In this document: positions 43,101-52,165 of the stretch, piece after piece
Numbering within the stretch: position 1 is the stretch's first letter
Layout: each line of letters opens with the position of its first letter
DNA from: Myxococcota bacterium
GTDB taxonomy: Bacteria; Myxococcota_A; UBA796; UBA2385
DNA length: 64,000 nt
NCBI GenBank assembly: GCA_044344255.1
Contig: JBIJDH010000016.1
Coordinates: forward strand, 96,001-160,000
Reading direction: 5' to 3'
The notes under the pieces: generated by a model
Told to the model about the DNA's origin: nothing
What the model saw: the letters and a program-made list of their open reading frames with translations, nothing else
The model's database searches: none
Translations under genes and position numbers: made by a program

Positions 43101-44655
43101 GGGCTCGCTCGTGAAGGCGGAGCGCGCGCTCCGGCTGGCCGGCGAGCAGGGGATGGTGGTGGAGGAGTGCCGCTCTCACGCCCTCATCGCCGTCTGCCTC
43201 GCGCGTCGCGGCCGGCTCAACCGGGTCGACCGACACCTGGGCCTCGCCGTCGCCCCGCTCCGGGAGGCCGGCGCGGCCGGCGAGCTCGCCCGGGTGCGCC
43301 TCTGGGCCGCCGAGGCCTACCTCGCCGCGGGCCGCACCCGCGACGCCGCCGCGGAGTGTGATCGGGTCTCCGCTTACGCGCAGGAGGCGGGCCTGCTGCC
43401 GCTGCGCACCCGCGCCGATCACCTGCTCGCGCTGGCGAGGGCCGGATCACCGGAGTCGTTGAACGGGCGCCTCGAGGAGCTCTTGGCGCTCGCCGTCGCC
43501 ATGACCCGCGAGCGCGACCTGCCCACCCTCCTCCAGGGCATCGCCGGGGCGGCGCTGACGCTGCTCCAGGCCGACCGCGCCTTCGTCGTGCTCGGCACCG
43601 CGGAGGCCCCCGAGATCGCGGCGGGGCGAGTGCGGGACGGGGTGGACGCGGGCCTGCCCGCGATGTCGATCGTTCGCCGCGTGATGCGCCAGGCCCGCGA
43701 GGTGCTCGCCGCGGACATCGGGGAGCGCGGCGACCTCCGGGCCGCAGAGAGCGTGCTCGCGCTGCACCTGCGCTCGGCGATGTGTGTCCCCCTCGTCGAG
43801 GGCCGCGAGACGGTGGGCGCCATTTACGTCGACAGCCGGATGGAGAGCGAGGAGGAGCTCACCGAGGCCGCCAAGCTGCTCCGGGCGCTGGCCAGCCACG
43901 CCGCGGCGGCGGTGACCAACGCCCGCCGCGTGGCCGCCCTCGCCGACCGCACCGACCGCGTCGCCGAGCTCGCCCATGACATCCGAAACCCGCTCTCCGC
44001 CCTGATCGTCATCGCGCGGAACCTCGCCCGCCGTGACCTCGCCCCGACGGTCGTCGAGGCGGAGCTCCGCAAGCTCGATGAGCTCTCGCGCGACACGATG
44101 GTGATGCTCGACCAGATCGTCGAGCCCGTGGCGGTCCCCGTCGCGGTGGTCGAGCTCGACCGCCTGGTGGCCCACGTGGGAGACATGCTGGCGGTCGAGG
44201 CCCGCTCCCGGGGCGTCGCGCTGGACATCGACATCGAAGAGGGCCTCCCCGCGGTGCAGGGGAACACCGCCGAGCTCTTCCGGGCCTGGTCAAACATCGT
44301 CTCCAACGCCATCAAGTACTCGCCGGCGGGTGGGAGGGTCTCCGTCCGGCTGCGGGTGGCCGGCGGCGAGCTCGTCGGCGTCGTCGAAGACCAGGGCCCG
44401 GGCATCCCCGAGGATCAGCTCGAGGCCGTCTTTCGTCGGGGCGTGCAGGCCCCCGGAGCCCTCGGAGGGCACGGCCTCGGGCTCGCTATCGCCAGTCGTG
44501 TGGCCTCCGAGCACGGCGGCCGCCTGGTGGCCGAGAACCGCGCAGAGGGCGGCGCGCGGCTCGTCCTGACCCTCCCCTTGGAGCGGCGGCCGCCCCCGCC
44601 CGTTGCGGCGAATCCGTCCATCGGGGGAGGGACCGATGACCCGATCGGCCGCTAA
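40120..44655 (+). CDS. Hybrid Ser/Thr kinase - degenerate ATPase - TPR - GAF - histidine kinase
   Basis: HGDVKPDN, DFG, YASPE; GGAGAGRT; TPR-like helices; SAMCVPL...GAIYVDS; LAHDIRNPL, NAIKYS, DQGPGI, GLGLAI. Confidence 0.92.
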   Translation: MADFTPLPGRPFGRWTPHRQLGRGSFGAAWYATDPEGRVGALKILSEDPGDEVRALAMVCHPSIPTLLDSGTWPAPFVVMELMRGRTLGALLRAEAVDLDLAIDVAANVADALATVHHTGLHHGDVKPDNILVAQGVERAVSLVDFGLALRGGGGTLRYASPEALIGNSRGTAADVYSLGLVLWEMLHRRRAWSELDLGQSLIRRRMEVPPVEVGPPWLRRLTEQMLAIDPAHRPSAADVADALSAHGAHTAEPGPDLLRRRARVVHVPLAGVDDALLGWVSALAGATARAPTAVSTGVSAGGPEDADGGRNLALIGGAGAGRTHQIDRLVRELRVRGIPVVRLAPADEPWASVSVALSDPSLPEPPVALPTIADPLDRAEAAAEALEARGNGRLVVVVDDEDTLDPSARLLVSALVRHRVVYLCSAGAAPPEWAARLVRLRAFDAAELADLTRQILGPDLNLGPLITSLQIASGGVPDAAVAFIVAAGERGALLLRRQRWLVDEGALQALVHEGSGAAGADVSLPTDAALLGAFLAVIGRPTRRESLLASAPLPFDRAQAALPVLLDSGLVRLDEHTLLPRSAAAVARLRALSPDLPALHRHCLLTLRSQPEVPYDRLGRHIVGAGDAVEAARLGAQVIAAVAALDPAEAARIADGLWGVAPVPELALARARALVGAGRTEEGFAAAEQALAGREHGPDDVGLLTLQADVHRAFHDDGAAALASIVAAHAALGGAPPTPSLRVAEANVHFAAGRVEEAIRVARPFAEAEPPEAEEDLEQWLRLRGIWAQSTHKAGDTAGAIAILELPDLGGRGGPARALLEGMRGRLLLHAGRIREAAAVMQSAARVETGLSVLDRARMMNNWGLASYSAGDRQEALGAWEDALLLFERIQSPLEQIRVSINLCVGYQEGGRWERARQVGQWAHDEATRRGHPDLVAIAAGNLGDVFLGQGAYEEAEALFARGARLADELGMASELVELARRDAELAVLREEEGSLVKAERALRLAGEQGMVVEECRSHALIAVCLARRGRLNRVDRHLGLAVAPLREAGAAGELARVRLWAAEAYLAAGRTRDAAAECDRVSAYAQEAGLLPLRTRADHLLALARAGSPESLNGRLEELLALAVAMTRERDLPTLLQGIAGAALTLLQADRAFVVLGTAEAPEIAAGRVRDGVDAGLPAMSIVRRVMRQAREVLAADIGERGDLRAAESVLALHLRSAMCVPLVEGRETVGAIYVDSRMESEEELTEAAKLLRALASHAAAAVTNARRVAALADRTDRVAELAHDIRNPLSALIVIARNLARRDLAPTVVEAELRKLDELSRDTMVMLDQIVEPVAVPVAVVELDRLVAHVGDMLAVEARSRGVALDIDIEEGLPAVQGNTAELFRAWSNIVSNAIKYSPAGGRVSVRLRVAGGELVGVVEDQGPGIPEDQLEAVFRRGVQAPGALGGHGLGLAIASRVASEHGGRLVAENRAEGGARLVLTLPLERRPPPPVAANPSIGGGTDDPIGR

Positions 44656-44669
44656 CGCCGACTCCGTGG

Positions 44670-44686
44670 TTGGCACGCGAAGTGCG
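44670..44686 (+). promoter_or_regulatory. sigma54-type -24/-12 promoter
   Basis: TTGGCACGCGAAGTGCG: GG-N10-GC spacing exact; differs from TGGCACG-N4-TTGC only at one -12 position. Confidence 0.6.
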
Positions 44687-44696
44687 TAGAGGGGAG

Positions 44697-44870
44697 GCAT
44701 GGACCCTCCGCGGTCCCCCCTTCCCCTCCCACCCGCGCGCATCGAGCACCTCTGCTTCGGTCGATCAACGTCTCACACGTCATGCTGTTCCTCTCCTCCG
44801 TCTTCGTCCGAGCTGCGCGGCTCGGAATTTGGTCGGGGCAAAGGCCGGGCCCGCTGGGTGGGGGCTTTTT
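44697..44870 (+). ncRNA. Candidate sigma54-dependent small RNA
   Basis: Hairpins GGACC/GGTCC, ATCGA..TCGAT and TCCGAGC/GCTCGGA, C-rich single strands, final stem ending in TTTTT; no convincing CDS. Confidence 0.35.
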
Positions 44871-45458
44871 ACGTCCGTCTATGTGCGCGGGTCTCTCGCG
44901 CCTCACCACCCATGATGTCGAATGGGCGCTGCTTCGGCCGTCGACGGAGGGCCTTGGCCTCGCGGTCCTCGGATCCGCCCGTAGCGCCGCAGCGTGAGTG
45001 GCCATCCTCGGCGCGAATGAACCAGAACCAAGCGCCGACCGAGGAGGCGAGGATGTCCGTGCGGGCCTTCCACCACCGGCGGAGCTGGAGCACGTCGATC
45101 TGGGCGTCTCCGTGCAGGGGTCGATGCCCAGGGGTTCGGAGAGGCGGAGGTGCATGACCGGACGATAGCACCCAGAGCGCTGGCAGGACACCCGGTCGGG
45201 TTTGGGGGTCGACTCGGCTGGGTGGTGAACCAGCGATCAAGCCCGCGCAGGACCACGGCGACGGCCCACCTGCGGTGGACCGCCAGTCCACCCGCGCTCC
45301 TGCGATCCGGCCTCCCGATGCCGCCCCGCTCTCCGTGCAGACGGCCCCGAGCGGCCTCTGGTGGGGCTGGCCCGTCCTACGCCCGTCTGTCCGAGTTGGA
45401 GGAGTGGCTGGCTCGGGCTCCTGCTCGGCGTCGCCGCCCTCGGCGCGCGTCGCCGTCG

Positions 45459-48014
45459 TCAGGGCGCCGCGGTCTCTGCCCCTTCGAGAGCGGCCGTCTC
45501 CTCGCAGGCGCCCTCGGCCTCCTCGGCGCAGTAGCAGGCGTCGCCCACGTCGCAGGTGGCGGCCTCGGCCTCGATCGCCTCGATCTCGGTGCCGTTGAAG
45601 TGCACCGATGACATTGCCAGCTCGCCGCTGCTCGCGCTGAAGACGGCCGCGCCCTCCTGGAGGCCCGACCCGGTCACCCAGCCGCCCGCGCCGAGCAGGC
45701 CGGCGGTGGGGGAGGTGGGATCGATGATGGTGCCGAAGCCTGCGTTGTATCCGAGCGGGCTCGAGACGAGGCCGCTGCCGAGCATGAGCGGCTGAAAGCC
45801 GAGCGGGCTCGAGACGAGGCCGGAGCCGGAGAGCACCGTCTGGGCGGTGGGCGCTCCGGGATAGGCGGAGAGACCCTCGCCGTCGATGGAGAGCGCCGTG
45901 AGCACCGGCGAGGAGGCGAGGCCTGTGGGCAGGGACCAGATCGTGAAGCCCAGCGGCGAGGAGACGAGGCCAGTGCCGCGGGTGAAGGTGAAGCCCAGCG
46001 GCGAGGAGACGAGGCCGGAGCCGTCCGACCACTCCACCTCACCCTCGGCGACGACCGTGGCGCTGTCGAGCCGGGCCGGCGTGAGCAGCAGGGCGGTGGG
46101 CGTGTTGAAGATGCCGACGCCGTGGTTCACGAGGGCGTAGGACTCGGCGAGGGGGCCGAGGTCGGCGTCTGCGCCTGCGCGCCAATGAAAGGAGAGCAGG
46201 GCGTCGGCGGCGTCGGGGTCGTCCTGCATGGCGGCGATGAGCTGGTCGAGGCCCTCGCTCCAGACGAGGCCGGGGCGGGGGTGGTGGCCGACGCCGTCGG
46301 AGATGATCTGGTCGACGCTCACCCGCCAGGAGGCCGTGGTCGCGCCGGCCCCGCCCTTGGCCGGACCGGTGATCGTGCACATCCCATCGACCGTGACGCA
46401 GGAGAGCGCCGCGAAGCCGGAGCCCCACATCGAGGCCGCCACGGTGACCCCGTCCGCCAGCGCCCCGTCTTCGTCGAAGACCGTGACGCGGGCCTTCGGC
46501 AGGACGACGCCCGGGCTCGTGTCAGCCAGCAGGTAGGGCATGATCGACACGTGGTAGTGGCGGGCCTCCGGGGTGCCGGGTGAGCCCACCGCGGCGAGGG
46601 CCGCCTCGATGTTCAAGCGGCCAGCGCCCCAGAGGCCGGTGTAGGGGCTCTGGGTCCAGGAGAGGGGCGTGGTGGTGCTCTGGAGGAGCTCCTTGACCTC
46701 GCCCGGGGCGGCCCCCTCGGCGAGGAGGGCGGCGACGGCGCCGGTCACGAGGGCGGTGGCCTGGCTGGTGCCGGCCATGAAGACGTAGCGCGGGGTCGCG
46801 GGGGCCCCGGGGGTGATGGTCTCGGCCAGCACCCCGTCGACATAGCCGTCTTTGTTGAGGTCAAAGCTGAGTGAGCCGCCGGATGCCACGAGGTCGGCGC
46901 GGGTGCCGTTGTTCGAGTATCCGGCGGGGAGGAAGGTGGTCTTGCTGGCGGGGCGGTCGGCGGCGACCGCGATGACCAGCGGATTGGAGGCGGGGTAGGT
47001 GATGTCGTGCTGGGCTGTGTTCCCGGCCGCCGACACGAGCACGGCGCCGCCCAGTGACACCTCCTCGAGCGCCGCCGCGAGGGCGTGTGAGGGGGCGTAG
47101 CCGAGGCTGAAGGAGAGGCTCATGTTGACCACGTCGGCGCCGTGGTCTGCCGCCCAGGACAGCGCGTTGACGAGGGCGAGCTCGGTGCCCTGGTTGTTGG
47201 CGTCGAGCACCTTGAGCGGCATCAGGCTCATGCCGGGGCAGACCCCCTCCATCGCCCCGGTGGAGGCGAGCAGGCTGGCGATGTGGGTGCCGTGCATGTG
47301 GTCGTCATTGGGATGAGCGTCGTTGTTCACGAAGTCCCACGGGGCGACGAAGGGCGTGGCCTGCAGCGTCGGTGCGACGGCGTAGGAGACGCCGCCCACC
47401 GTCGCGGTCTCGAAGGCGACGCCGGTGTCGATCACCGCCACGGTGACCCCAGTACAGTCGAGGGTACCGACAGGGGGGGTGTGGATCGCCGCGAGGTGCC
47501 ACTGGAATTTGTTGCCCCGGGTGGTGCTCGGGCCCACCGGGAGGGCCGCGCCCGTAATGCGGCCCTCCGGGGCGGCGTCGGCCACCTCGGGGTCCTCGAG
47601 GAGGCCGGCGATGAAGGTGTCGCGGTCGGCGCCCTCGGGGACGGCGAGGCCGGCCCACCCGGAGGGGCCGCGCGGCACGGTCACGCGGCTGCCGTGGCGG
47701 GAGGCGACGCGGTGCAGGGCCTCGGCGTTGGCCGCGGAGACCATGACCTCGTGGGTCAGGTACGGGGACGGCCCCCCGGCGCCTGAGTCGGCGCGGCCGG
47801 CAGAGGCGGGGGCAAGAGCGCCGGAGAGGGGCGCCGGCCCGCGGGAGTGGGACGCCCCGCCCGCCTGGGCGCCCCGACGGGCGGCAGCACCCTGCGCAGC
47901 CGCATCGGAGGGCGCCGACGGGGGTGCGAGCATGGAGCGAGCCGCCCAGAGGCCCAGGAGCCCGAAGAGAGAGAGGAGCGCGGTGGGCACGACCAGGGAT
48001 GGACGGCGGTTCAT
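45459..48014 (-). CDS. Subtilisin-like S8 serine peptidase with C-terminal repeat extension
   Basis: Catalytic IDTG, HGTH, GTSQA and oxyanion AAGN; N-terminal TM/signal and propeptide. Confidence 0.92.
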   Translation of the reverse strand: MNRRPSLVVPTALLSLFGLLGLWAARSMLAPPSAPSDAAAQGAAARRGAQAGGASHSRGPAPLSGALAPASAGRADSGAGGPSPYLTHEVMVSAANAEALHRVASRHGSRVTVPRGPSGWAGLAVPEGADRDTFIAGLLEDPEVADAAPEGRITGAALPVGPSTTRGNKFQWHLAAIHTPPVGTLDCTGVTVAVIDTGVAFETATVGGVSYAVAPTLQATPFVAPWDFVNNDAHPNDDHMHGTHIASLLASTGAMEGVCPGMSLMPLKVLDANNQGTELALVNALSWAADHGADVVNMSLSFSLGYAPSHALAAALEEVSLGGAVLVSAAGNTAQHDITYPASNPLVIAVAADRPASKTTFLPAGYSNNGTRADLVASGGSLSFDLNKDGYVDGVLAETITPGAPATPRYVFMAGTSQATALVTGAVAALLAEGAAPGEVKELLQSTTTPLSWTQSPYTGLWGAGRLNIEAALAAVGSPGTPEARHYHVSIMPYLLADTSPGVVLPKARVTVFDEDGALADGVTVAASMWGSGFAALSCVTVDGMCTITGPAKGGAGATTASWRVSVDQIISDGVGHHPRPGLVWSEGLDQLIAAMQDDPDAADALLSFHWRAGADADLGPLAESYALVNHGVGIFNTPTALLLTPARLDSATVVAEGEVEWSDGSGLVSSPLGFTFTRGTGLVSSPLGFTIWSLPTGLASSPVLTALSIDGEGLSAYPGAPTAQTVLSGSGLVSSPLGFQPLMLGSGLVSSPLGYNAGFGTIIDPTSPTAGLLGAGGWVTGSGLQEGAAVFSASSGELAMSSVHFNGTEIEAIEAEAATCDVGDACYCAEEAEGACEETAALEGAETAAP
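45748..46022 (-). repeat. Coding repeats G(S/T)GLVSSPLG(F/Y), four copies plus one degenerate
   Basis: DGSGLVSSPLGF, GTGLVSSPLGF, TGLASSPVL, GSGLVSSPLGF, GSGLVSSPLGY. Confidence 0.9.
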
Positions 48015-48220
48015 CGGGTGCCTCGTTTGTCGGGGGTTTTCCGCTGCGACCCTCCACAGAGGGCAGTGGGGCGCCTCGAGCCGTAGATCGGTCCTCACCC
48101 ACCGACCACCCGGCGAGCGGGTGGCGGGAGGGTGTGAACATCGCGGATATAGCGGCTGAGGGCGCTCGCGGCGGGGACGGTGACCTGGGACCTGCTCTGA
48201 ACCTCAGGTGGGATCACCGG

Positions 48221-48784
48221 TCACTTTTGTACCACACCGCGTTCCACGGTCCGCTCTTCGTCCAAAGAAAGACCGTCTGGGCAGAGCGCGGCGAGAGCGG
48301 CGCCCAGGGCGGGGTGGTCGATGCCGCGGAGGGCGCTCTCGACGAACTGCGCGGTGTTTACGCCCTGCGTGGAGCGATAGCGCTGGGCCTGGACGAGCAT
48401 GTCCAGCTTGTCGAGCTGGTGTACGAAGTGGGCCTCTGGGCTCCTATTTTGTTCGTAGTCTTCCCAGAGCGCCCAGAGGGGGGGGCGCCCTGCGAAGAGC
48501 CGCGCGGCGGCGATTCGCTCGCGGCGGGCCTTCTCTTCGCGGGAGATGCCGTCGAAGGGGGTGATGTCTCCGACGGTCGCTTCGGCGAGGTCGTGGAGGA
48601 GGGCGAGCAGCACCACCCGACCGCGGTCGAGCTCCGGCGGACAGAAGAGGAGGCCGAGCATGGCCACACCCCAGGAGTGGGCGGCCACGGACTCGGCCTC
48701 CACCACGCCCACGCGCGCCCAGCCCGCGCGCTCGACCTCCTTGAGGGTCATCACCTCGTCGAGCAGCGTGTCGAGGGGCTTCAC
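48221..48784 (-). CDS. HD domain hydrolase (YfbR/HDDC2-like 5'-deoxynucleotidase)
   Basis: LKEVERAGW, ESVAAHSW, LHDLAEATVGDITP, LDKLDM. Confidence 0.9.
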   Translation of the reverse strand: MKPLDTLLDEVMTLKEVERAGWARVGVVEAESVAAHSWGVAMLGLLFCPPELDRGRVVLLALLHDLAEATVGDITPFDGISREEKARRERIAAARLFAGRPPLWALWEDYEQNRSPEAHFVHQLDKLDMLVQAQRYRSTQGVNTAQFVESALRGIDHPALGAALAALCPDGLSLDEERTVERGVVQK

Positions 48785-49809
48785 CGGACCACGAGGGCGC
48801 GCTGGTCGGGCCAGCGGGTGCTGATCAAGATCGGCTCCCGGCGCTGGCGCTCGAGGAAGGCGTCCTTGTCTCGGAGCCCGGCCCAGCCGAGCGAGACGAG
48901 GACCTGCCCCACCGCCCCGCCGAGGTTGCTGCCCGGGCCGGGGAGGAGGATGACGTCCGGCCCATAGTCGCCGAGGGCGCGGCGGAGCATCGTGCTGAAG
49001 TCAAAGGGGCCGACGACCTGCTCCCCGAGCGTGTAGTCGCGGAGGGCCGCGGGATCGGCGAAGCGGGGGCGCCAGGAGCGGCCGGCCCCGTCGATCAGGG
49101 GCAGGGTGGGGGCCCGCCAGCGGAGGCCGGCGAGCTCGGCCTCGGCCCGCGCGCGGGTCGCGGCGAGCAGCGGGGTGTGGAACGCCGAGTGCAGCGGGAG
49201 CCGCAGGGGAAATTGCTGGGCGCCGATGTCTACCTTGGGGAGGGCCGCCACGGCTGCGGAGAGCGCGGCCTCTGTCCCACCGAGCACGATCTGGCCACCA
49301 AGCAGGATGGATCGGTATAGTTCGGGGATGGTGTCGAGGAGCCCTGCGACGAGCCGCTCCCGCGCCGCGTCGGGCCGCCAGGTGTCGAGGTCGACCAAGG
49401 GGTAGACGAGCTGCCCGCCCACCACGTTGCCGGCCTGGAACTGGCCCAAGGTCTCGATCAGCCGGCCGCCCTCGTCGAAGGGGAGGGCGCCGGCGTAGGT
49501 CAGCGCCGTGTACCAGCCCATCGAATTGCCGCAGACGGCCACCACCTCGACCTTCTCGGGGTCGAGCTGGTCGAGGTCGGCGAGGGAGGCGCCCGCGGTG
49601 AGCAGGCTCGCGTTCTCGCCAGCGACGTGGCTGCGCAGCGAGAAGGCGCTGAGCCCGTCGAGCTCGCGCACGGTGGGGCGGCCGGCGGCGGCGCGGAGCG
49701 CGTCGAGGCGGTCGAGGGCCGGGGAGGCGAGGCCCTGCAGGCTGCCGAGGGAGTCGCGGCCGTAGCTGCCGCGGCCAGGGCAGAGGACGAGGGCGCGGAG
49801 GCGGCTCAT
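48781..49809 (-). CDS. ACP S-malonyltransferase-like acyltransferase
   Basis: LCPGRGSY, nucleophile GNSMG, HSAFHTP, LPGPGSNLGG; ATGA overlap. Confidence 0.85.
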   Translation of the reverse strand: MSRLRALVLCPGRGSYGRDSLGSLQGLASPALDRLDALRAAAGRPTVRELDGLSAFSLRSHVAGENASLLTAGASLADLDQLDPEKVEVVAVCGNSMGWYTALTYAGALPFDEGGRLIETLGQFQAGNVVGGQLVYPLVDLDTWRPDAARERLVAGLLDTIPELYRSILLGGQIVLGGTEAALSAAVAALPKVDIGAQQFPLRLPLHSAFHTPLLAATRARAEAELAGLRWRAPTLPLIDGAGRSWRPRFADPAALRDYTLGEQVVGPFDFSTMLRRALGDYGPDVILLPGPGSNLGGAVGQVLVSLGWAGLRDKDAFLERQRREPILISTRWPDQRALVVR

Positions 49810-52076
49810 GGGCGGGCTCCCGGGGCGGGCTCGGCGGGGAGGGGGGCGCCGTCTGGGGCCCGCCCGAGCAGGCGCAGCGCGGCGGCGAGGATGTCGGGCT
49901 CCTGCACCAGCACGAGGTTCGCGGCGGCCCCGAGCGGGATGTAGGTGTCGACGCTCGTGACCCGGGCCACCCGGACGCCGGGGAGGCGCTCGGCGAGCAG
50001 GGCCAGGATGGGCTCGGCGAGGCCCCCGCTGCGGCGGCACTCGTCCACCACGAGCACCCGCCCGGTCGCCTCCGCCTCGCGGAGGATGTCGGCCTCGGGC
50101 AGGGGGGCGATCCAGCGCAGATCGACGTTCCGGCAGCGGACGCCCAGCGCCTCGAGGCGGGCGGCCACCCGCAGGCTCATCCAGTGGCCGTTGGCGTACG
50201 AGATGAGGGTGAGGTCCGTGCCGTCGCCCCAGGTGCGGGCGGTGCCGGGGGCGGCGAAGCGGCCGGGCTCGGGGTAAGCGAAGCTCCAGCGGCCGTCCTT
50301 GTCCTCGTGGAGGTCCTTGGTCATGTAGAGGGCGATGGGCTCGAGGAAGACGGCCACCCGCCCGAGCGCCTGGGCCATCGAGAGGCAGCCCCGCAAGAGC
50401 AGCACGGCGTCTTCGCCGTTCGAGGGGCAGGCGACGATGAGGCCCGGGATGTCGCGCAGCGAAGCGAGGGCGTTGTCGTTGTGGAAGTGCCCGCCGAAGC
50501 CCTTCTGATAGGCGAGGCCGGCGATGCGCACCACCATGCCGTTCGTGTACTGGCCGTCGCTGAAGAACTGTAGCGAGCAGGCCTCCCCGCGGAGCTGGTC
50601 GATCGCGTTGTGCAGATAGGCGAGGTACTGGATCTCCGGCACCGGCAGGGCGCCCTGGTGGGCGGCGCCGATTGCGAGGCCCAGGATGGCCTGCTCGTCG
50701 AGGTGGGTGTTGAAGACGCGCCCCACGCCGGCGCGGCGCTCGAGGTCGGTGGTGACGTTGTAGACGCCGCCCTTTCGGGCCACGTCCTCGCCGAAGAGGA
50801 GGAGGTCGGGGAAACGCACGAGGGCGTCGCCGAGGGCGCGGTTGATCTGCACGGCCATGTGGCGCGGGCGGTCGGCCTCGGGGAGGCGGCCCTCGAAGAA
50901 GTCGGCGCGGCCGGCCTCGGGGGCGAGCGTGGCGGCGTGCTCGGCGAAGCGCGCAGGGTCCCATGGGGCGAGGGGGGCGATGACCGCGGCGGCGCTCTCG
51001 AGCTTGGGACGACGGCTGGCCTCGCGCCCGAGGGCGGCGGTGCGGGCCCGGAGCTCCTCGTAGACGGCGCGCAGCTCTTCGGGGGTCGCCCAGCCGCCTT
51101 CGACGAGCAGGCGCGCTGTGGAGAGCAGCGGGTCAGCGGACTCGGTGGCCTCGATCTCCTCGTGGCTGCGGTAGCTCTGCTCGACGTCCGAGCCGGCGTG
51201 ACCGAGCAGGCGCACCGTCTTGAGGTGCAAGAAGGCGGGGCGGCGGGTCTCGCGGACGAAGCGGACGGCGGCGAAGGCGGCGTCGGCGGCGTCGGGGAGG
51301 TCGAGGGCGTCGCCGTGGAAGTATTGGAGGCCCGGCCAGCTCGAGAAGCGCTTGCCGACCCAGCCCTCGGGGGTGCGGGTGGAGATGCCGATGCCGTTGT
51401 CTTCGCAGACGAAGAGCACAGGGCAGGGCAGGCGCTGGTGATCGGCCAAAGCGGCCGAGTTGAAGGCGCCGCAGGCCGTCGAGTGGTTGGAGGAGGCGTC
51501 GCCGAAGGTGCAGACGATGACGCTGTCGTCGGGGATGGCGGAGCGCAGGCCCAGGCGCCGCCGGCGGGCCAGCGTGAAGGCCGCGCCTACGGCCTTCGGC
51601 AGGTGGCTGGCGATGGTGCTCGTCTGCGGGGGGATGCAGAGCGGGACGCTGCCGAAGACCTTGTGGCGGCCCCCGGCGATGGGCTCGTCCAGGCTGGCGA
51701 CGAGGCCGAGCAGCACGTCGAGGATGGGGGTGCTGCCCGGCACCTGGCGGGCGCGCTCGGCGAAGAAGCCCCCCGAGCGGTAATGGAGGAAGGCCATGTC
51801 GGTGGGGCGGGTGGCGGCCGCGACGACCGCGTTGCCCTCATGCCCGCTCGAGCCGATGGTGTAGAAGCTCTGGTCTGTTGCCTTGAGGTTTCGGGCCTCG
51901 AAGTCGAGGTGACGGCTGCCGACCATCGACTCGAAGAGCCCGAGCGCCAGTCGGGCGCTCAGCTCACTCCCGGCGCGCACGGGGCGGTCGAGGTCATCCC
52001 GCCGGGGCGCGGCGTGGAGGCCGTCGAGGAGGCGGAGGAAGTTCTGATCGACGACGGCGGCGCGGCTGACGGCCAC
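49806..52076 (-). CDS. ThDP-dependent 2-oxoacid dehydrogenase E1 alpha/beta fusion
   Basis: FYTIGSSGHEG, LHYRS, GDASSN...FN, EDNGIGIS, GHAGSD, FGEDV, EIQYLAY, FGGHFH, FLEP. Confidence 0.93.
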   Translation of the reverse strand: MAVSRAAVVDQNFLRLLDGLHAAPRRDDLDRPVRAGSELSARLALGLFESMVGSRHLDFEARNLKATDQSFYTIGSSGHEGNAVVAAATRPTDMAFLHYRSGGFFAERARQVPGSTPILDVLLGLVASLDEPIAGGRHKVFGSVPLCIPPQTSTIASHLPKAVGAAFTLARRRRLGLRSAIPDDSVIVCTFGDASSNHSTACGAFNSAALADHQRLPCPVLFVCEDNGIGISTRTPEGWVGKRFSSWPGLQYFHGDALDLPDAADAAFAAVRFVRETRRPAFLHLKTVRLLGHAGSDVEQSYRSHEEIEATESADPLLSTARLLVEGGWATPEELRAVYEELRARTAALGREASRRPKLESAAAVIAPLAPWDPARFAEHAATLAPEAGRADFFEGRLPEADRPRHMAVQINRALGDALVRFPDLLLFGEDVARKGGVYNVTTDLERRAGVGRVFNTHLDEQAILGLAIGAAHQGALPVPEIQYLAYLHNAIDQLRGEACSLQFFSDGQYTNGMVVRIAGLAYQKGFGGHFHNDNALASLRDIPGLIVACPSNGEDAVLLLRGCLSMAQALGRVAVFLEPIALYMTKDLHEDKDGRWSFAYPEPGRFAAPGTARTWGDGTDLTLISYANGHWMSLRVAARLEALGVRCRNVDLRWIAPLPEADILREAEATGRVLVVDECRRSGGLAEPILALLAERLPGVRVARVTSVDTYIPLGAAANLVLVQEPDILAAALRLLGRAPDGAPLPAEPAPGARP

Positions 52077-52165
52077 GGGGGCCTCCTGGGCGGCCGGCCT
52101 CTTATCCCGAGGCGAGGGCGTGGTCGACCGGCGGCTGGAGGCATAGAGGATGGGGAGAGGCCCAC

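Noticed and set aside
44830..44875. c-di-GMP-I riboswitch suggested by GGCAAA near an HD-GYP locus
   Set aside because: Lacks the GNRA tetraloop/receptor and second-stem consensus, and has no downstream same-strand gene.
44699..45157. 152-aa ORF with GGGGAGG before its ATG
   Set aside because: Ser/Arg/Pro-rich non-globular composition, atypical codons, and it crosses the hairpin/T-run region; a non-coding interpretation is preferred but not proven.
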